Part shown: positions 12,924-25,945 of the stretch, one piece after another | Layout: each line of letters starts with the position of its first letter | Position numbering within the stretch: the stretch's first letter is position 1 | Origin: Octopus vulgaris | Taxonomy: Eukaryota | Direction: 5' to 3' | NCBI GenBank assembly: GCA_951406725.2 | Contig: OX597824.1 | Coordinates: 87,668,001 to 87,732,000, forward strand | Length of the DNA: 64,000 nucleotides | Program-made: the position numbers and the translations under genes | The notes under the pieces: model-generated | Seen by the model: only the letters and a program-made list of their open reading frames with translations | The model's database searches: none | What the model was told of the DNA's origin: nothing

Positions 12924-13511
12924 GGAGGCACATGGCCTAGTGGTTAGAGCAGTGGACTTGCGGTCGAGGGATTGCGGGTTCAAATCTCAGACAGGGCGAT
13001 GTATGTGTTTATGAGCGAAACACCTAAGCTCCACACGGCTCCGGCAGAAGGTAATGGTGAACTTCTGCTGACTCTTTTGCCACAACTTTCTCTCACTCTT
13101 TCCTCCTGTATCTTGCAGCTCACCTGCAACGGACAGGCGTCCTGTCCAGGTGGGGAACCTATACGCCAAAGAAACCGGGAAACTGGCTCTTAAGAGCTAG
13201 GTGTGGCTTGAGAAGGAACAACATGGCCTAGTGGTTAGAGCAGCAGACTCGTGGTCGAGGGATCGCGGGTTCAAATCTCAGACAGGGTGATGTGTGTGTT
13301 TATGAGCGAAACACCTAAGCTCCATGCGGCTCCGGCAGAAGGTAATGGTGAACTTCTGCTGACTCTTTTGCCACAACTTTCTCTCACTCTTTCCTCCGCA
13401 TCTTGCAGCTCACCTGTGACGGACAGGCGTCCTGTCCAGGTGGGGAACCTATACACCAAGGAAACCGGGAAACCGGCCCTTATGAGCCAGGGTTGGCTCG
13501 AGAAGGAACAA
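12924..13511 (+). mobile_element. SINE family C (tRNA-derived), head-to-tail dimer
   Basis: Two ~295-bp copies starting TGGCCTAGTGGTTAGAGCAG with B box GGTTCAAATC and ending GAGAAGGAACAA. Confidence 0.85.
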
Positions 13512-14099
13512 AAGATACTGGGATTTATGTAATCAACTTTACCCTCAAAACTGTTGGCCCTTTGCCAAAAATTAGAAAAGATTAGTTTGTTAATTCAGGT
13601 GATGTAAATCTTGTTGCATTGAATAATATACTATTGTGCTAACAGGTTAACAAATTTTAATCTCGTAAATTAAAATTTTTTGTGATCAACTCATGTTGAT
13701 AGAGTAACACGAGAAAATTCAATATCTAATTAAAAAGCGGTTAGAGCAGTTATGCCAGGTGGTAAGACTGCTGTTCATCAAAGCAATAAACTTATTAATT
13801 ATTGATTCCACTCATTATCACAAAGCTACAAATTTGTGTCTGGGGCAGGGGTGTATAGTCAGGCGAAATGACACATGTACATACCTGGCTCCTAATTTAA
13901 TGAGACAGGTGAACTGAGAGGCAAAGACGGCTGTTACTGGTATTTGAAACCAGAACATTGAAGAACAAAAAGGGAGTGCTGTAAGGCATTTCGGGTTGGC
14001 GTTTTACCAACTTTTTGATAAATGCCGAGTGTCGTTGGCAAGTTCTGAAAATATATACTTTATAGCAAGCAATCTTCCATAATTTATTAAGGTCTTTGG

Positions 14100-14338
14100 A
14101 ACGACAACAACAGCATCCTCATCATAATCATCATAATCATCACCATCGTCATCGTCATCATCATCACCATCATCATCATCACCACCACCATCATGATCAT
14201 CACCATCGTCATTGTCATCATCACCATCATCATCATCATCATCACCATCATTGTCATCATCACCATCATCATCATCATCACCATCGTCATCATCATCACC
14301 ATCGTCATTGTCATCATCATCAGCATCATCATCACCAT

Positions 14339-14372
<34 letters not shown>

Positions 14373-14620
14373 ACCACCACCACCATAATTATCTTCATTA
14401 TCATCGTCATTTAATGTCCCTTTTTCCCTGCTGGTATGGTCTGGATGGTTTGACATTGACCGATGAGCCAGAGGTGTGCACCAAGCTCTAATGTCTGCTT
14501 TGGCATGGTTCCTATAATTGAATGCCCTTCCTAATGCCAACCACTTCACGGAGTGGACAGGGTGCTTTTTTCTGTGGCATCATTACTAGTGAGGCTGCCA
14601 AGTACTTGACAAGGCAAGAA
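14100..14620 (-). mobile_element. Old RTE 3' end with expanded (GAT)n tail
   Basis: ~300 bp of (CAT)n abutting TTAATGTCC...GCCCTTCCTAATGCCAACCAC, shared with the LINE 3' UTR at 3750-3900. Confidence 0.7.
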
Positions 14621-14689
14621 TGACGTAGGATGGAGTATTGAGGGAAGAGAAAGTATGAAAGAGGGACAGAAGTGTGTGTCTTGCTGAAG

Positions 14690-14690
14690 A

Positions 14691-14727
<37 letters not shown>

Positions 14728-14900
14728 TGAGAGGATGAGAGAGAGAAAGAGGATGAGAGAGAGAGAGGATGAGAAAGAGAGAGAAAGAGAATGAGAGAGA
14801 GAGAAAGAGAGGATGAGAGAGAGAGAGAGAAAGAGAATGAGAGAGAGAGAGAGAAATGTGAGGTCAAGGTACAAGGTGAATATGAGAGAGAGAGAGAGTG
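14690..14900. repeat. (GA)n-rich microsatellite
   Basis: Direct inspection. Confidence 0.9.
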
Positions 14901-15269
14901 AAAGAAATAGGTTAGGGGAACAAACAAGATGGGTGGGTAGGTGAGTGTACCAGAGTGTGAAAAGAGTGTGACAGATGATTAAAGATGAGGGTTGAGAGGT
15001 GGATGCAGTAAGCACAAGTGATTAAATGTTCATACAGTGATTCGAGGTTGGATAAACTTGAGTGATTTTGTCGTCTCCTTTTTAGTACTAAAAGCTAATG
15101 AAACTCTCATAAATTATTATTATGTAGTATTGAATAAAATTTAGGTCAGATGTTTAGTGTTGAACTAACTACACCTCACCATGGTGCCTATTTATATCCT
15201 GACAGAATGAGTGATAGAGAATTAAATGAAATCGAAATCAAAATCAAAATCAAAGTGAAATTTGATGAC

Positions 15270-15645
15270 GGGCACGAGCACCATACGAGCGTGATCATTG
15301 CCAGAGCAGCTAACTGGCTTCTGTGCCGGTGGCATGTAAGAGGCACCATTCGAGCGGGATTGTTACCAGCGTCGCCTTACTGGCACTTGTGCCATTGGCA
15401 TGTGTAAAAAGACTCGAGCGAGGTCATTGCCAGTACTGCCTGACTGGCCCCCGTGACGGTGGCATGTAAAAGCACCCACTACACTCTTGGAGTGGTTGGC
15501 GTTAGGAAGGGCATCCAGCTGTAGAAACTCTGCCAGATCAAGACTGGAGCCTGGTGCAGCCATCTGGTTCGCCAGTCCTCAGTCAAACCATCCAACCCAT
15601 GCTAGCATGGAAAGCGGACGTTAAACGATGATGATGATGATGATG
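15270..15645 (+). mobile_element. RTE 3' UTR fragment
   Basis: GGCGTTAGGAAGGGCATCCAGC...GCATGGAAAGCGGACGTTAAAC(GAT)n. Confidence 0.8.
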
Positions 15646-15771
15646 AGGGGGAGGATGTTCCATTGAAGGACACTGCCCACTGAAATGATTTCCATTGTGT
15701 CTATCTGGTGATTTAGTGAGGGTTATCAAACCCTTAATATTTATAATGAATTTAAGGTGGTGAGCTGACAG

Positions 15772-16633
15772 AATAATTGTGGTGCCTGGTTTTGCTTGTA
15801 AATGCCTAAGTGGCAATCTGTAAAAGCTAATGTTTGCAGAAGAAGAAATCAACCATCTAACAGGCACATTACTAATATAGTCTTGAAGTGGAACAATAGA
15901 AATATGTAAGACTTTTCTCAAGTGGATTATCTGACAACAAATGGATTAATTAAAGAAAGATATGTGCAATCAATACCAGTATCATCATCATCATCATCAT
16001 CATCGTTTAACGTCCGCTTTCCATGCTAGCATGGGTTGGATGATTTGACTGAGGACTGGTGAACCAGATGGCTGCACCAGTCTCCAATCTGATCTAGCAG
16101 AGTTTCTACAGCTGGATGCCCTTCCTAATGCCAACCAATCCAAGAGTGTAGTGGGTGCTTTTACGTTCCACCGGCACGGGGGCCGGTCTGGTGGTACTGG
16201 CAATGGCCACACTCAAATGGTGTTTTTTACATGCCACCTGCAGAGGATCAGTCCAGCGGCACTGGCAACGACCTCACTCAAATGTTTTGTTTATGTGCCG
16301 GTAAGGCGACGCTGGTAGCGATCACACTCAGGTGGTGCTTTTTACGTGGCACCGGCATGGAAGCCAGACAGCCGCTCTGGCAAATTATTTGAAATCTTCC
16401 TGTAAGGAAGGAACTGGTTTCTAACAATACTGTAAAGCAACAACATTGGAATATAAATAACAAAAACAATGTCACATTCTGAACTTGAGAAAAGTCTTAC
16501 ATATTTCTATTGTTCCACTTAAGATTGTATTAGTAATGTGCCTGTTAGATGGTTGATTTCTTCTTCTGCAAACATTAGCTTTTACAGATTGCCACTTAGG
16601 CATTTACAAACAAAGCCAGGCACGTCAATTATT
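15772..16633. repeat. Inverted repeat, arms 15772-15923 and 16483-16633
   Basis: Arms are near-identical reverse complements. Confidence 0.9.
15983..16383 (-). mobile_element. RTE 3' UTR fragment
   Basis: (CAT)n GTTTAACGTCCGCTTTCCATGCTAGCATGGGTTGG. Confidence 0.8.
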
Positions 16634-16849
16634 ATTGATGTAAATGTGAATTTATAATCTGAATATAGAAGCTGAAGGCTTCAGCGCAATTTTCCACAGT
16701 TATCGTCTTTGATTTTCAAAAAGATATTCACATCAGGTGGACAGCTGATCTCTGTGACCGTACACACTTACCTTATATTTGGTCAGTTATGTTTGCACTT
16801 GGTAGAAGTTGTGATGGGAAAGCACCACCAATATTCCTCATGTTGATGT

Positions 16850-16888
16850 CTATGTATGTGTGTATGTATGTATGTATGTGTGTATGTA

Positions 16889-16925
<37 letters not shown>

Positions 16926-17235
16926 ATGCGTATATATATATGTATGCATGTACATATGTATGTATGTATATATGCATGGATGTATGTATGCATGTATGTA
17001 TGTATGTACATATGTATATATGCATGCATGTATGTATGCATGTATGTATGCATGTATGCATGTATGTATGTACATATGTATGTATGTATGCATGTATGTA
17101 TGCATGTATATATGTATGCATGCATGTATGTATGCATGTATATGTATGTATGTATGCATGTACATATGCATGTATATGTGCATGTATATATGTATGCATG
17201 TATATATGTATGCATGCACGTATGTATGTATGTAT
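16850..17235. repeat. (TATG/CATG)n microsatellite
   Basis: Direct inspection. Confidence 0.9.
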
Positions 17236-17581
17236 TACTAAAGAATTGCTGTTAGCTGAGCTATTGGGGTCCCAGGTTTCCAGTTAAAGAACCCACACTT
17301 CACATCCACTCACCAGCCCTGCACTGCATCCCAGGCAGCACCGTTTCTTTTACCTTGTGTTGTATTCTCTGTACTTTTGGCTCCGCATTCCTGTCTTTCT
17401 TTCTTCAACTTATTGTTGTACTCTGTCTCCACTTTTACCATTTTCCAATAGGTTGTAGTGCACCTGAGCACTGTACAACAAACTCATTATTATTAAACTC
17501 ATTGAGAACCCTAGTGGCCAATTATTGTAAGAAAGATAATCTTGGTGGGATTAGAAGTTTGTGTATTATTATTATTATTAA

Positions 17582-17778
17582 CCCTTTTGTTACCGTATTT
17601 CTGTTGAGATGCTCTGCGTTTCTTTCAATTGCTTTAAATATAACAAAGAATTTAGTAAAATAACTTGGTTATCATTAAACAAGTGTTAGGAACATAAATT
17701 GTGACTAAAGTTTGGTGGAAGATTTTAATTCAAAACTTATGAAAACAAGACATTTTCACTCAGCCAGGGGCGGTTGGG
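17582..17778 (-). mobile_element. Monomeric piggyBac-type MITE, same family as the 6.6-11.7 kb array
   Basis: TTAA-CCCTTTTGTTAC start, body is the reverse complement of one array unit, ends GGG-TTAA with an eroded TIR. Confidence 0.85.
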
Positions 17779-17834
17779 TTAATGTGGCACCATCACTAGT
17801 GCCTTCTACATGGCACCAACATGAATGCTTTTAA

Positions 17835-17965
17835 CCCTTTTGTTACCATATTTCTATTGAGATTGTGACTAAGGTTTGGTGGAAGATTTTAATTCAAAGC
17901 TTATGAAAACAAGACATTTGTACTTAGAGCCAGAGCCCGTTTCAGCTGGGTTGGTAACAAAAGGG
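17835..17965 (-). mobile_element. Internally deleted piggyBac-type MITE
   Basis: Perfect TIRs CCCTTTTGTTAC and GTAACAAAAGGG, with TTAA at 17831-17834 and 17966-17969. Confidence 0.9.
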
Positions 17966-19538
17966 TTAAATTTTATGTAATTACTAGCCTTGATAGCATG
18001 CTTCTTTCCCAAATAAATGTCCATGGAAATCTTTCATGACAATGTCAAAATTTGGATTAAAAGGTGTTCTGAGAGAGGGCCTGCTAAAATTTAGGTGCAT
18101 CTTATAAGCATTTGTGCCTTATAAACCATCAGATGCATAAATCCTGTTGGTTTAGTCCACTTAATTATTATTATCAACCACAATAAGCAGCAGAATGAGC
18201 TCACAGAATTAGCAGTTCTTAAATGAGGTTGCAGCTGTTTAAATTTTCTGTTGGGTTACTGGAAAACAAACAAATATTATCTGTAATTGTTGTTTGATCC
18301 CAGGTAACTTGACTGAGCATGCATATTATCAAAGGCAATCCATCAGCGATTGTCCAACCCATTTCTGCCAAACTGTGGATTACATTATTCAACGTGTTCT
18401 GTCTTTTAAGATGATAGGGTAGGATTTGAAGGAGATTTTGTTGCTGTTTCTAGCAAGCCAACCGACCATGAATGGGATCCTTTGTTAGCTCATGTCTAGG
18501 GACCCTATGTCAGCTGTGGTTGTATATGTAGGGTCCCCAGTGCATTGTTTTGCCTGGTGGCCTATAAAGCTGTTAAGACAGCTTTGTGCTATCAGAAATA
18601 TAATATTGGAAACTTTATAGGTTAGTGGTGTAGGATAGAAGTGGGATCCTTGTAAGTTGAGTCTGTGACCCACATTTGATTTCAGAAAATTGTTTTACCT
18701 CTCTCTCTTTCATCAATTGGGTCACTGAAAAAATAGACAAATAGAAAGTTGCAATTATTGTTTCTCTGAATCGTTGGGCTTCATTCCTGCCTGGAGAAGA
18801 CAACAGGAAATGATTTTAGCATAGGTCTTTCCAAAAATACCATGACATTATAAGCAAGTTACATCAAAAACCAGATAGACTTCTAACAGAAAAATGTTAT
18901 TTATGAAATCAATATATGTAACAAATGCATGTTATATAAAAATCAATTCTATGTGTGTACCATATGTTACATTAGTCGATATATTTGTAGTACATGTGTA
19001 GCTGTTATTGGTGTGGTAGCTGTTGTTGTAGATCTTATGGAGTTGACCCAAACCCAGTCAATTCTCCATAAACAATATTATCTGACAATGAAGTGAGATC
19101 AAAGAATATTTCTTATGTCCATTACGCACAGGTCCTAAACCTTTGGAATATCATGATTTTAGAATATCTTGCTGTGCTGATCCGCCTTTGAACTTTCTAA
19201 GCCATTCAATGTTCTCAACGGTAGCCATACAACCATGATTTTAGGGGAAAGATAATCGTCACATCTAAATCACGAAATATTTAACTTCTTCGCTTTAAAG
19301 TTGAAAGGAATTTGCGAGGGGACACGACATGACTTAACCATCACAATGTACAGGTTAAATTACTAACGAGAAGCTTTATTAGCTTATGGGTCTGTTGTAT
19401 ATATGAATATCTATACTTTTATATAATATATGGTTATATGTATGCATGAATGTAAGGATACACAGACACACATATTTCGCATTATAGGCACAAATATGAG
19501 ACAAAATATCATTTATATTAAAATATTAGCCACCAGTT

Positions 19539-19586
<48 letters not shown>

Positions 19587-19604
19587 TGATGATGGTGGTG
19601 GTGG

Positions 19605-19639
<35 letters not shown>

Positions 19640-19704
19640 CATTCATACACATACATACACACATATATATGTATATGTGTGTATATAAATAAATATATAT
19701 ATGC

Positions 19705-19737
<33 letters not shown>

Positions 19738-20224
19738 CACACATATATATATGTGTGTGTATACACACACACACACACATATATATGCATGTGGCAATTC
19801 TGCAGCTCCCCAGTTTCTGTCAAACCATCAAACCCATGCCAGCATGGAAAATGGAAAATAGAAAGCTAAATGATGTTGATGATGATGATGATGATGATGA
19901 TAATGATGATGATGGTGGTGGTGGTAGTGGTGGTGGTGGTGGTGGTGATAATGATGATGATGATGATGATACTCAGGTGTTACATTTTCTCACCAAATGG
20001 TGCAGACAGTACTCAGCACAGGCTGTAAAGTATAGAGTTATTTAAACCGAATTCCATTTTCACAACTTCGGGTTTTATGCTACATTGATTACCAGGTGAG
20101 AACTTGTCTGACAGTAACTGCATTGTGAAACTTGAGTTGGAATAAATTATAGACACACAGACACAATATGCGTGAATGTGTGTATATGTATATGTGTGTG
20201 TGAGTATATATATATCTGTCTCTA

Positions 20225-20279
<55 letters not shown>

Positions 20280-20474
20280 ATATATATATATGCTCGAATA
20301 TATATGTTCGAATGGTGCATTCTATGCGTCACTTGCATGTGTGCCACTCAGGCGGCACCGGCATCGACCATGCTTGAATGGTGTTATTTATGCTCCACTG
20401 GTACAGTGGACATTACAATATATATGACATTACAATATATATGTATATTAACGATATATATATATATATATATT

Positions 20475-21330
20475 GGTGCAGGAGTGGCTGTGTGGTAAGT
20501 AGCTTGCTTACCAACCACATGGTTCTGAGTTCAGTCCCACTGCGTGGCACCTTGGACAAGTGTCTTCTACTATAGCCTCGGTTTGACCAAAGCCTTATGA
20601 GTGGATTTGGTAAACAGAAACTGTCTTTATATGTGTATGTGTTGTGTGTGTGTGTGTGTGTGTGTGTATGTTTGTGTGTCTGTGTTTGTCCCCCCACCAT
20701 CACTTGACAACCGATGCTGGTGTGTTTACATACCCGTAACTTAGCAGTTCAGCAAAAGCCACTGATAAGTACTAGGCTTACAAGAATATTTATTCTTTTA
20801 TTTGTTTCAGTCATTTGACTGCGGCTATGCCAAAGCATCGCCTTTGGTCAAACAAATCGACCCAGGACTTATTCTGCGTGGCACCTTGGGCAAGTGTCTT
20901 CTACTATAGCCTCGGGCTGACCAAAGCCTTGTGAATGGATTTGGTAGATGGAAGATGAAAGAAGCCCGTTGTATATATGTATATATATAAACTATCTGTT
21001 ATGTCGATTATACATTGATGTAAGAATAAGTTGTTTTATAAAGCTCGAAACATGTGTACCGCGACATCCTCTGTGTCCTGTTTTTTATTTTATTTCATTT
21101 GATACATATATATATATGTGTGTCTGTATATGTTTGTGTATCTGTGTTTGTCCTCCCAACATCACTTGATAACCGATGCTGGTGTGTTTACGTCCCCGTA
21201 ACTTAGTGGTTTGGCAAAAGAGACCGATAGAGTAAGTACTAGGCTTGGCTTACAAAGAATAAGTCTTGGGGTCGATTTGCTCGACCAAAGGAGGTGCTCC
21301 AGCATAACCGCAGTCAAATGACTGAAACAA
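20475..21330. mobile_element. Cluster of rearranged SINE family A pieces
   Basis: Plus copy 20475-20785, minus tail ~20790-20875, plus copy 20875-21330 with a foreign insert in its (TA)n. Confidence 0.75.
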
Positions 21331-21349
21331 ATAAAAGAATCTAAATATA

Positions 21350-21412
<63 letters not shown>

Positions 21413-22059
21413 GTATATATATATATATATATAGTAATGGGGGGGACAAACACAGACACAAACATACACACACACACACATACACCTCACTCAACCAGCC
21501 ACCCACCCACCCACCCACCCAGACACTTATACATATCTATGCCTCAATAGAAGATAAATGTTTATTCATTCTGTTCACTCAGCTGAACTCTATATTCCAT
21601 TATGTATTTAACTTTACATAACAAAAGGTGTATCAATGCTTTGCCAGCCTTTTATTGACTTTTTCTTTTTACCGAGGTGGACGGTGCCAGTGTTATGATA
21701 TAATGTTCTACACAGAGACACAATGAAACGCAACCAATAGATTTGAACTTGTGAAACCATCACAGTTTGGCCCTGCTTGAACTCTGATCGATCGAAATTA
21801 TTTTCAAAGATGTTCCAACCATGCCCACATCATCTGTTTATGGGCATAGTGTAAATATGAATACATTGTCCACTGTGTCCTTCTGCTTTATTTAAGATTG
21901 TGAGGTCATATTGGCTGGTGATTTGGCTGCTATTTCTGGCAGATTGCGTGCTCGCATAGAAACTGTATCAAACTATATCATACGCATTGTTTTTTACCTT
22001 CTACACACACACACACACGCACACACACACACATGCACACACACACACACATATACACT

Positions 22060-22433
22060 TTACTCATTTGACTGCGGCCATGCTGGAGCACTGCCTTTAG
22101 TCGAGCAAATCGACCCCAGGACTTATTCTTTGATAGCCCAGTACTTAATCTATTGGTCTCTTTTGCCAAACCACTATGTTATGAGTACGTAAACACACCA
22201 CCATCAGTTGTCAAGTGATGTTGGGGGACAAACACAGACACACGCTCACATAAATATATACATACATAAATACATATGATGGGCTTCTTTCAGTTTCCGT
22301 CTACCAAATCCATTCACAAGGCTTTGGTCTGTCTGAGGCTGTAGTAAAAGACACTTGCCCAAGGTGCCATGTAGCGGGACTGAACCCAGAACCATGTGGT
22401 TGGGAAGCAAGCTTCTTACCCCACAGCCATGCC
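22060..22433 (-). mobile_element. SINE family A
   Basis: Family motifs on the minus strand. Confidence 0.85.
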
Positions 22434-22620
22434 TATGCATAGTGCGTATATCTTGGATTTTAGAACAGGTACTTAATACCCTTATCCCTCTGGATTTTGT
22501 AAGGGGCAACTAAAAGGGTTAGCATCAAAAAGGGACTCTAGATTGCAAATGATGTCTCATAAATGAAAAAGATGTAAAATGATGATGATGATCATGATCT
22601 TCATGGTGTATGTGTATATA

Positions 22621-22855
22621 CCTATTTCTTTACTACCCACAAGGGGCTAAACACAGAGAGGACAAACAAGGACAGACAAATGGATTAAATCGATTATATC
22701 GACCCCAGTGAGTAACTGGTACTTATCTAATCGACCCCAAAAGGATGAAAGGCAAAGTCGACCTTGGCAGAATTTGAACTCAGAACATAACGGCAGACGA
22801 AATACCACTAAGCATTTCGCCCGGCGTGCTAATGTTTCTGCCAGCTCGCCGCCTT
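22621..22855 (-). mobile_element. SINE family B, full length
   Basis: Reverse complement starts GGCGGCGAGCTGGCAGAAAC and ends GTAAAGAAATAGG. Confidence 0.85.
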
Positions 22856-23212
22856 AAATGTGTATGTATCTGTTACACAAACACACCTACATCTGCAACC
22901 ACACAATCAATTGTACACAACATGTGTGTGTGTGTGTGTATTATAGATTCTTCTATTGTTAGGTAACGGATGAGCGTGTTTCAGTTTCTTTCTTAACAAC
23001 CACACAGATGATTTGTTTATAGTGATCAAATGTTTGTATTCACATAATCTCACTCTTGCCATCAAACTGACATTACCTGTACAGGTGCACAAGTGTTTCA
23101 TTTACTGGATGCTGTAATGCATGTGTGCACGCACATGCGTGTATGCATGTTTACGTTTGTGTTTGACCCTCTACCACTATTTGTATTGGTTTGTTTATGT
23201 GCCTGAAACTTA

Positions 23213-24380
23213 ATGGAGGTGCGTGGCTTAGTGGTTAGGGTGTCAGCATCATGATTGTAAGATTGTGGTTTCGATTCCTGGACCGGGCGACGTGTTGTGT
23301 TCTTGAGCAAAACACTTCATTTCACGTTGCTCCAGTCCACTCAGCTGGCAAAAATGAGTAATGCTGCGATGGACTGGCGTCCCATCCAGCGGGGGAACAC
23401 ATACGCCATAGAAACCGGGAAACCGGGCCCATGAGCCTGGCTAGGCTTTAAAAAAGGTGCATTTTTAGGGGTGGCAAGCTGGCAGACACGTTAGCGCACC
23501 AGGCGAAATGCGTAGCGGTATTTCGTTTTTCATTACGTTCTGAGTTTAAATTCCACCAAGGTCGACTTTGCCTTTCATCCTTTCATCATCATCATCATCA
23601 TTCAACGTCCGCCTTCCATGCTAGCATGGGTTGGACGGTTCAACTGGGGTCTGGTGAGCCCGAAGGCTGCACCAGTCCAGTCAGATCTGGCAGTGTTTCT
23701 ACAGCTGGATGCCCTTCCTAACGCCAACCACTCCGAGAGTGTAGTGGGTGATTTTATGTGCCACCGACACAGGTGCCAGACGAGGCTGGCAGACGGCCAC
23801 GCTCGGATGGTGTTTTTATGTGCCACCGACACAGGTGCCAGATGAGGCTGGCAAACGGCCATGATCGGATGGTGTTTGTTACGTGCCCACAGCACGGAGG
23901 CCAGTCGATGCGGTACTGGCTACGGCCACATTCGGATGGTTTTCTTGCCTCGACAGGTCTTCACAAGTGTCACAAGAAGGAAGGTATGCACAGGTGGACT
24001 GACTACGTCCCAGGTAGGGGCCATGGGTTATGGCCTGACTAGTCTTGCCGGGTCTTCGGATGGTGTTTTTATGTGCCACCGACATAGGTGCCAGATGAGG
24101 CTGGCGAACGGCCACGATCGGATGGTGTTTGTTACGTGCCCACAGCACGGAGGCCAGTCGATGCGGTACTGGCTACGGCCACGTTCGGATGGTTTTCTTG
24201 TGTGCCACCGACACTGGTACCACAAAGATACAAATTCCATTAATGTTCATCTATTTTGATGGGGTCGATAAATAAAGTACCAGTTTCGCACTTCAATCAA
24301 TGTAATCGACATAATCCTTTTTTCTGTCCTTGTTTGTCCCCTCTACGTTTAGCTCCTTGTGGGCAATAAAGAAATATATC
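23213..24380. mobile_element. Nested cluster: SINE C plus SINE B interrupted by an RTE 3' fragment
   Basis: 15-bp direct repeat TGTGCCTGAAACTTA at 23198-23212 and 24381-24395; SINE C 23215-23455; SINE B 23469-23585 and 24261-24375; RTE (minus) 23584-24260 with ~60-bp internal repeats. Confidence 0.8.
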
Positions 24381-25528
24381 TGTGCCTGAAACTTAGCTAT
24401 TTGGCAAAAGGAGATCAATAGAATAAATACCAGACTTTAAACATTAAGTACTAAGATTGACTTGATTAACTAACCTTTTCAGGGCCGTACCCCAGCACAT
24501 GGCTGTAGTCCAATGACTGAAACATAGATAAGAGGTAGAGATATTGTATTTGATGGTATAATAATTGCCCTAATTTTGGCACCAGGCCAGCATATAATTT
24601 ATAATAATAGGAGCAGTAAATTTATTAATACTTTTAAATGTATTTTTTATATTTACTTCTTGAATGGAGATTTTTTAGTTCAATTATCTTAAATATTGTT
24701 GTTACAACAAATTATTTATTTTAAGGTGTCTGCATTGTATCCTGATATATTTATTGTATAATCAGTCATTGATTATTGAATATTATTCTCACATTGTCAC
24801 TAGGACACAGATCTGCATAGAAGAAATAATATAATGAGCTTATTGTATATTGTGGTCAGATGTACTACAACTTATCAGAAGAGGATAAACAGGGGAAAGA
24901 GGTCATGAAATAATGTCTAGCCAGTTAAATTGATCCAGTGTATGTCATGGGTGTCGAGGGACGAAAAGCAAAACTGATTACAGGAAGGCTTTGAACCTAG
25001 AAAAATAAAGAACAAAATTAAATGAAGTTAAGTATTTAATTCTGGCACTCTGCCGTTCTGCTACTTTACCATCTTTGGAAGATGGCATAACTGATTTCTG
25101 ATATTGGCACAAGGCCACACATTTTTGGAAGAGAGTATAGTTGATTAAAACTCTGCCACAGCTGGTCTCGAGCCCAGTCGAGAAAGGTGGAGGGCAATAG
25201 GCGTAGGGTTAACAATCAGCTCTATCAATTTTGACAATGTTACTGAAATACAACAGAGCAGTCTCTGGGGATTAAGTTGAGGTAATCCTCAGAGGCTGTG
25301 AAGCAACTTAGTGAAAGCTAAAAGAAAGCCTACCATATGGAACCACCAGGCCCGTCACCAGGGTTTAGTGCCTGGGGGTGTTTTAGGATATTTTGGGTGG
25401 TCATTAATATGTAATAATGTTAAAGTGGAGTTTCAAAATAAATATGTCACTATAAATCTGAGGGTGCACTATTGAATAGTGCTGTCTAGTGCACCTACTA
25501 ATTGATGCTACATGTGTATATATACGAA

Positions 25529-25945
25529 GGCGGCAAGCTGGCAGAATCGTTAGCATACCGGGCGAAATGCTTAGCGGTATTTCGTCTGCCGTTACGTTCT
25601 CAGTTCAAATTCCGCCAAGGCCGACTTTGCCTTTCATCCTTTCGGGGTCGATTAATTGAATACCAGTTACGCACTGGGGTTGATATAATCGACTGAATCC
25701 TTTAGTCTGTCCTTGTTTGTTCCCTCTGTGTTTAGCCCCTTGTGGGTAGTAAAGAAATAGGTATGTCGTCTGCCGTTACATTCTGAGTTCAAATTCCGCC
25801 GAGGTCAACTTTGCCTTTCATCCTTTCGGGGTCGATTAATTGAGTACCAGTTATGCACTGGTGTTGATGTAATCGACTTGATCCGTTTGTCTGTCCTTAT
25901 TTGTCCCCTCTGTGTTTAGCCCCTTGTGGGTAGTAAAGAAATAGG
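25529..25945 (+). mobile_element. SINE family B dimer
   Basis: Full copy followed by a 5'-truncated copy. Confidence 0.85.

Noticed and set aside
12924-13000. tRNA genes at SINE heads
   Set aside because: A and B boxes are present but run directly into SINE bodies without a complete cloverleaf
20988-21100. Hammerhead-like island (TTGATGT...CTCGAAACATGT) inside a SINE's (TA)n
   Set aside because: Too degenerate to call without a family consensus
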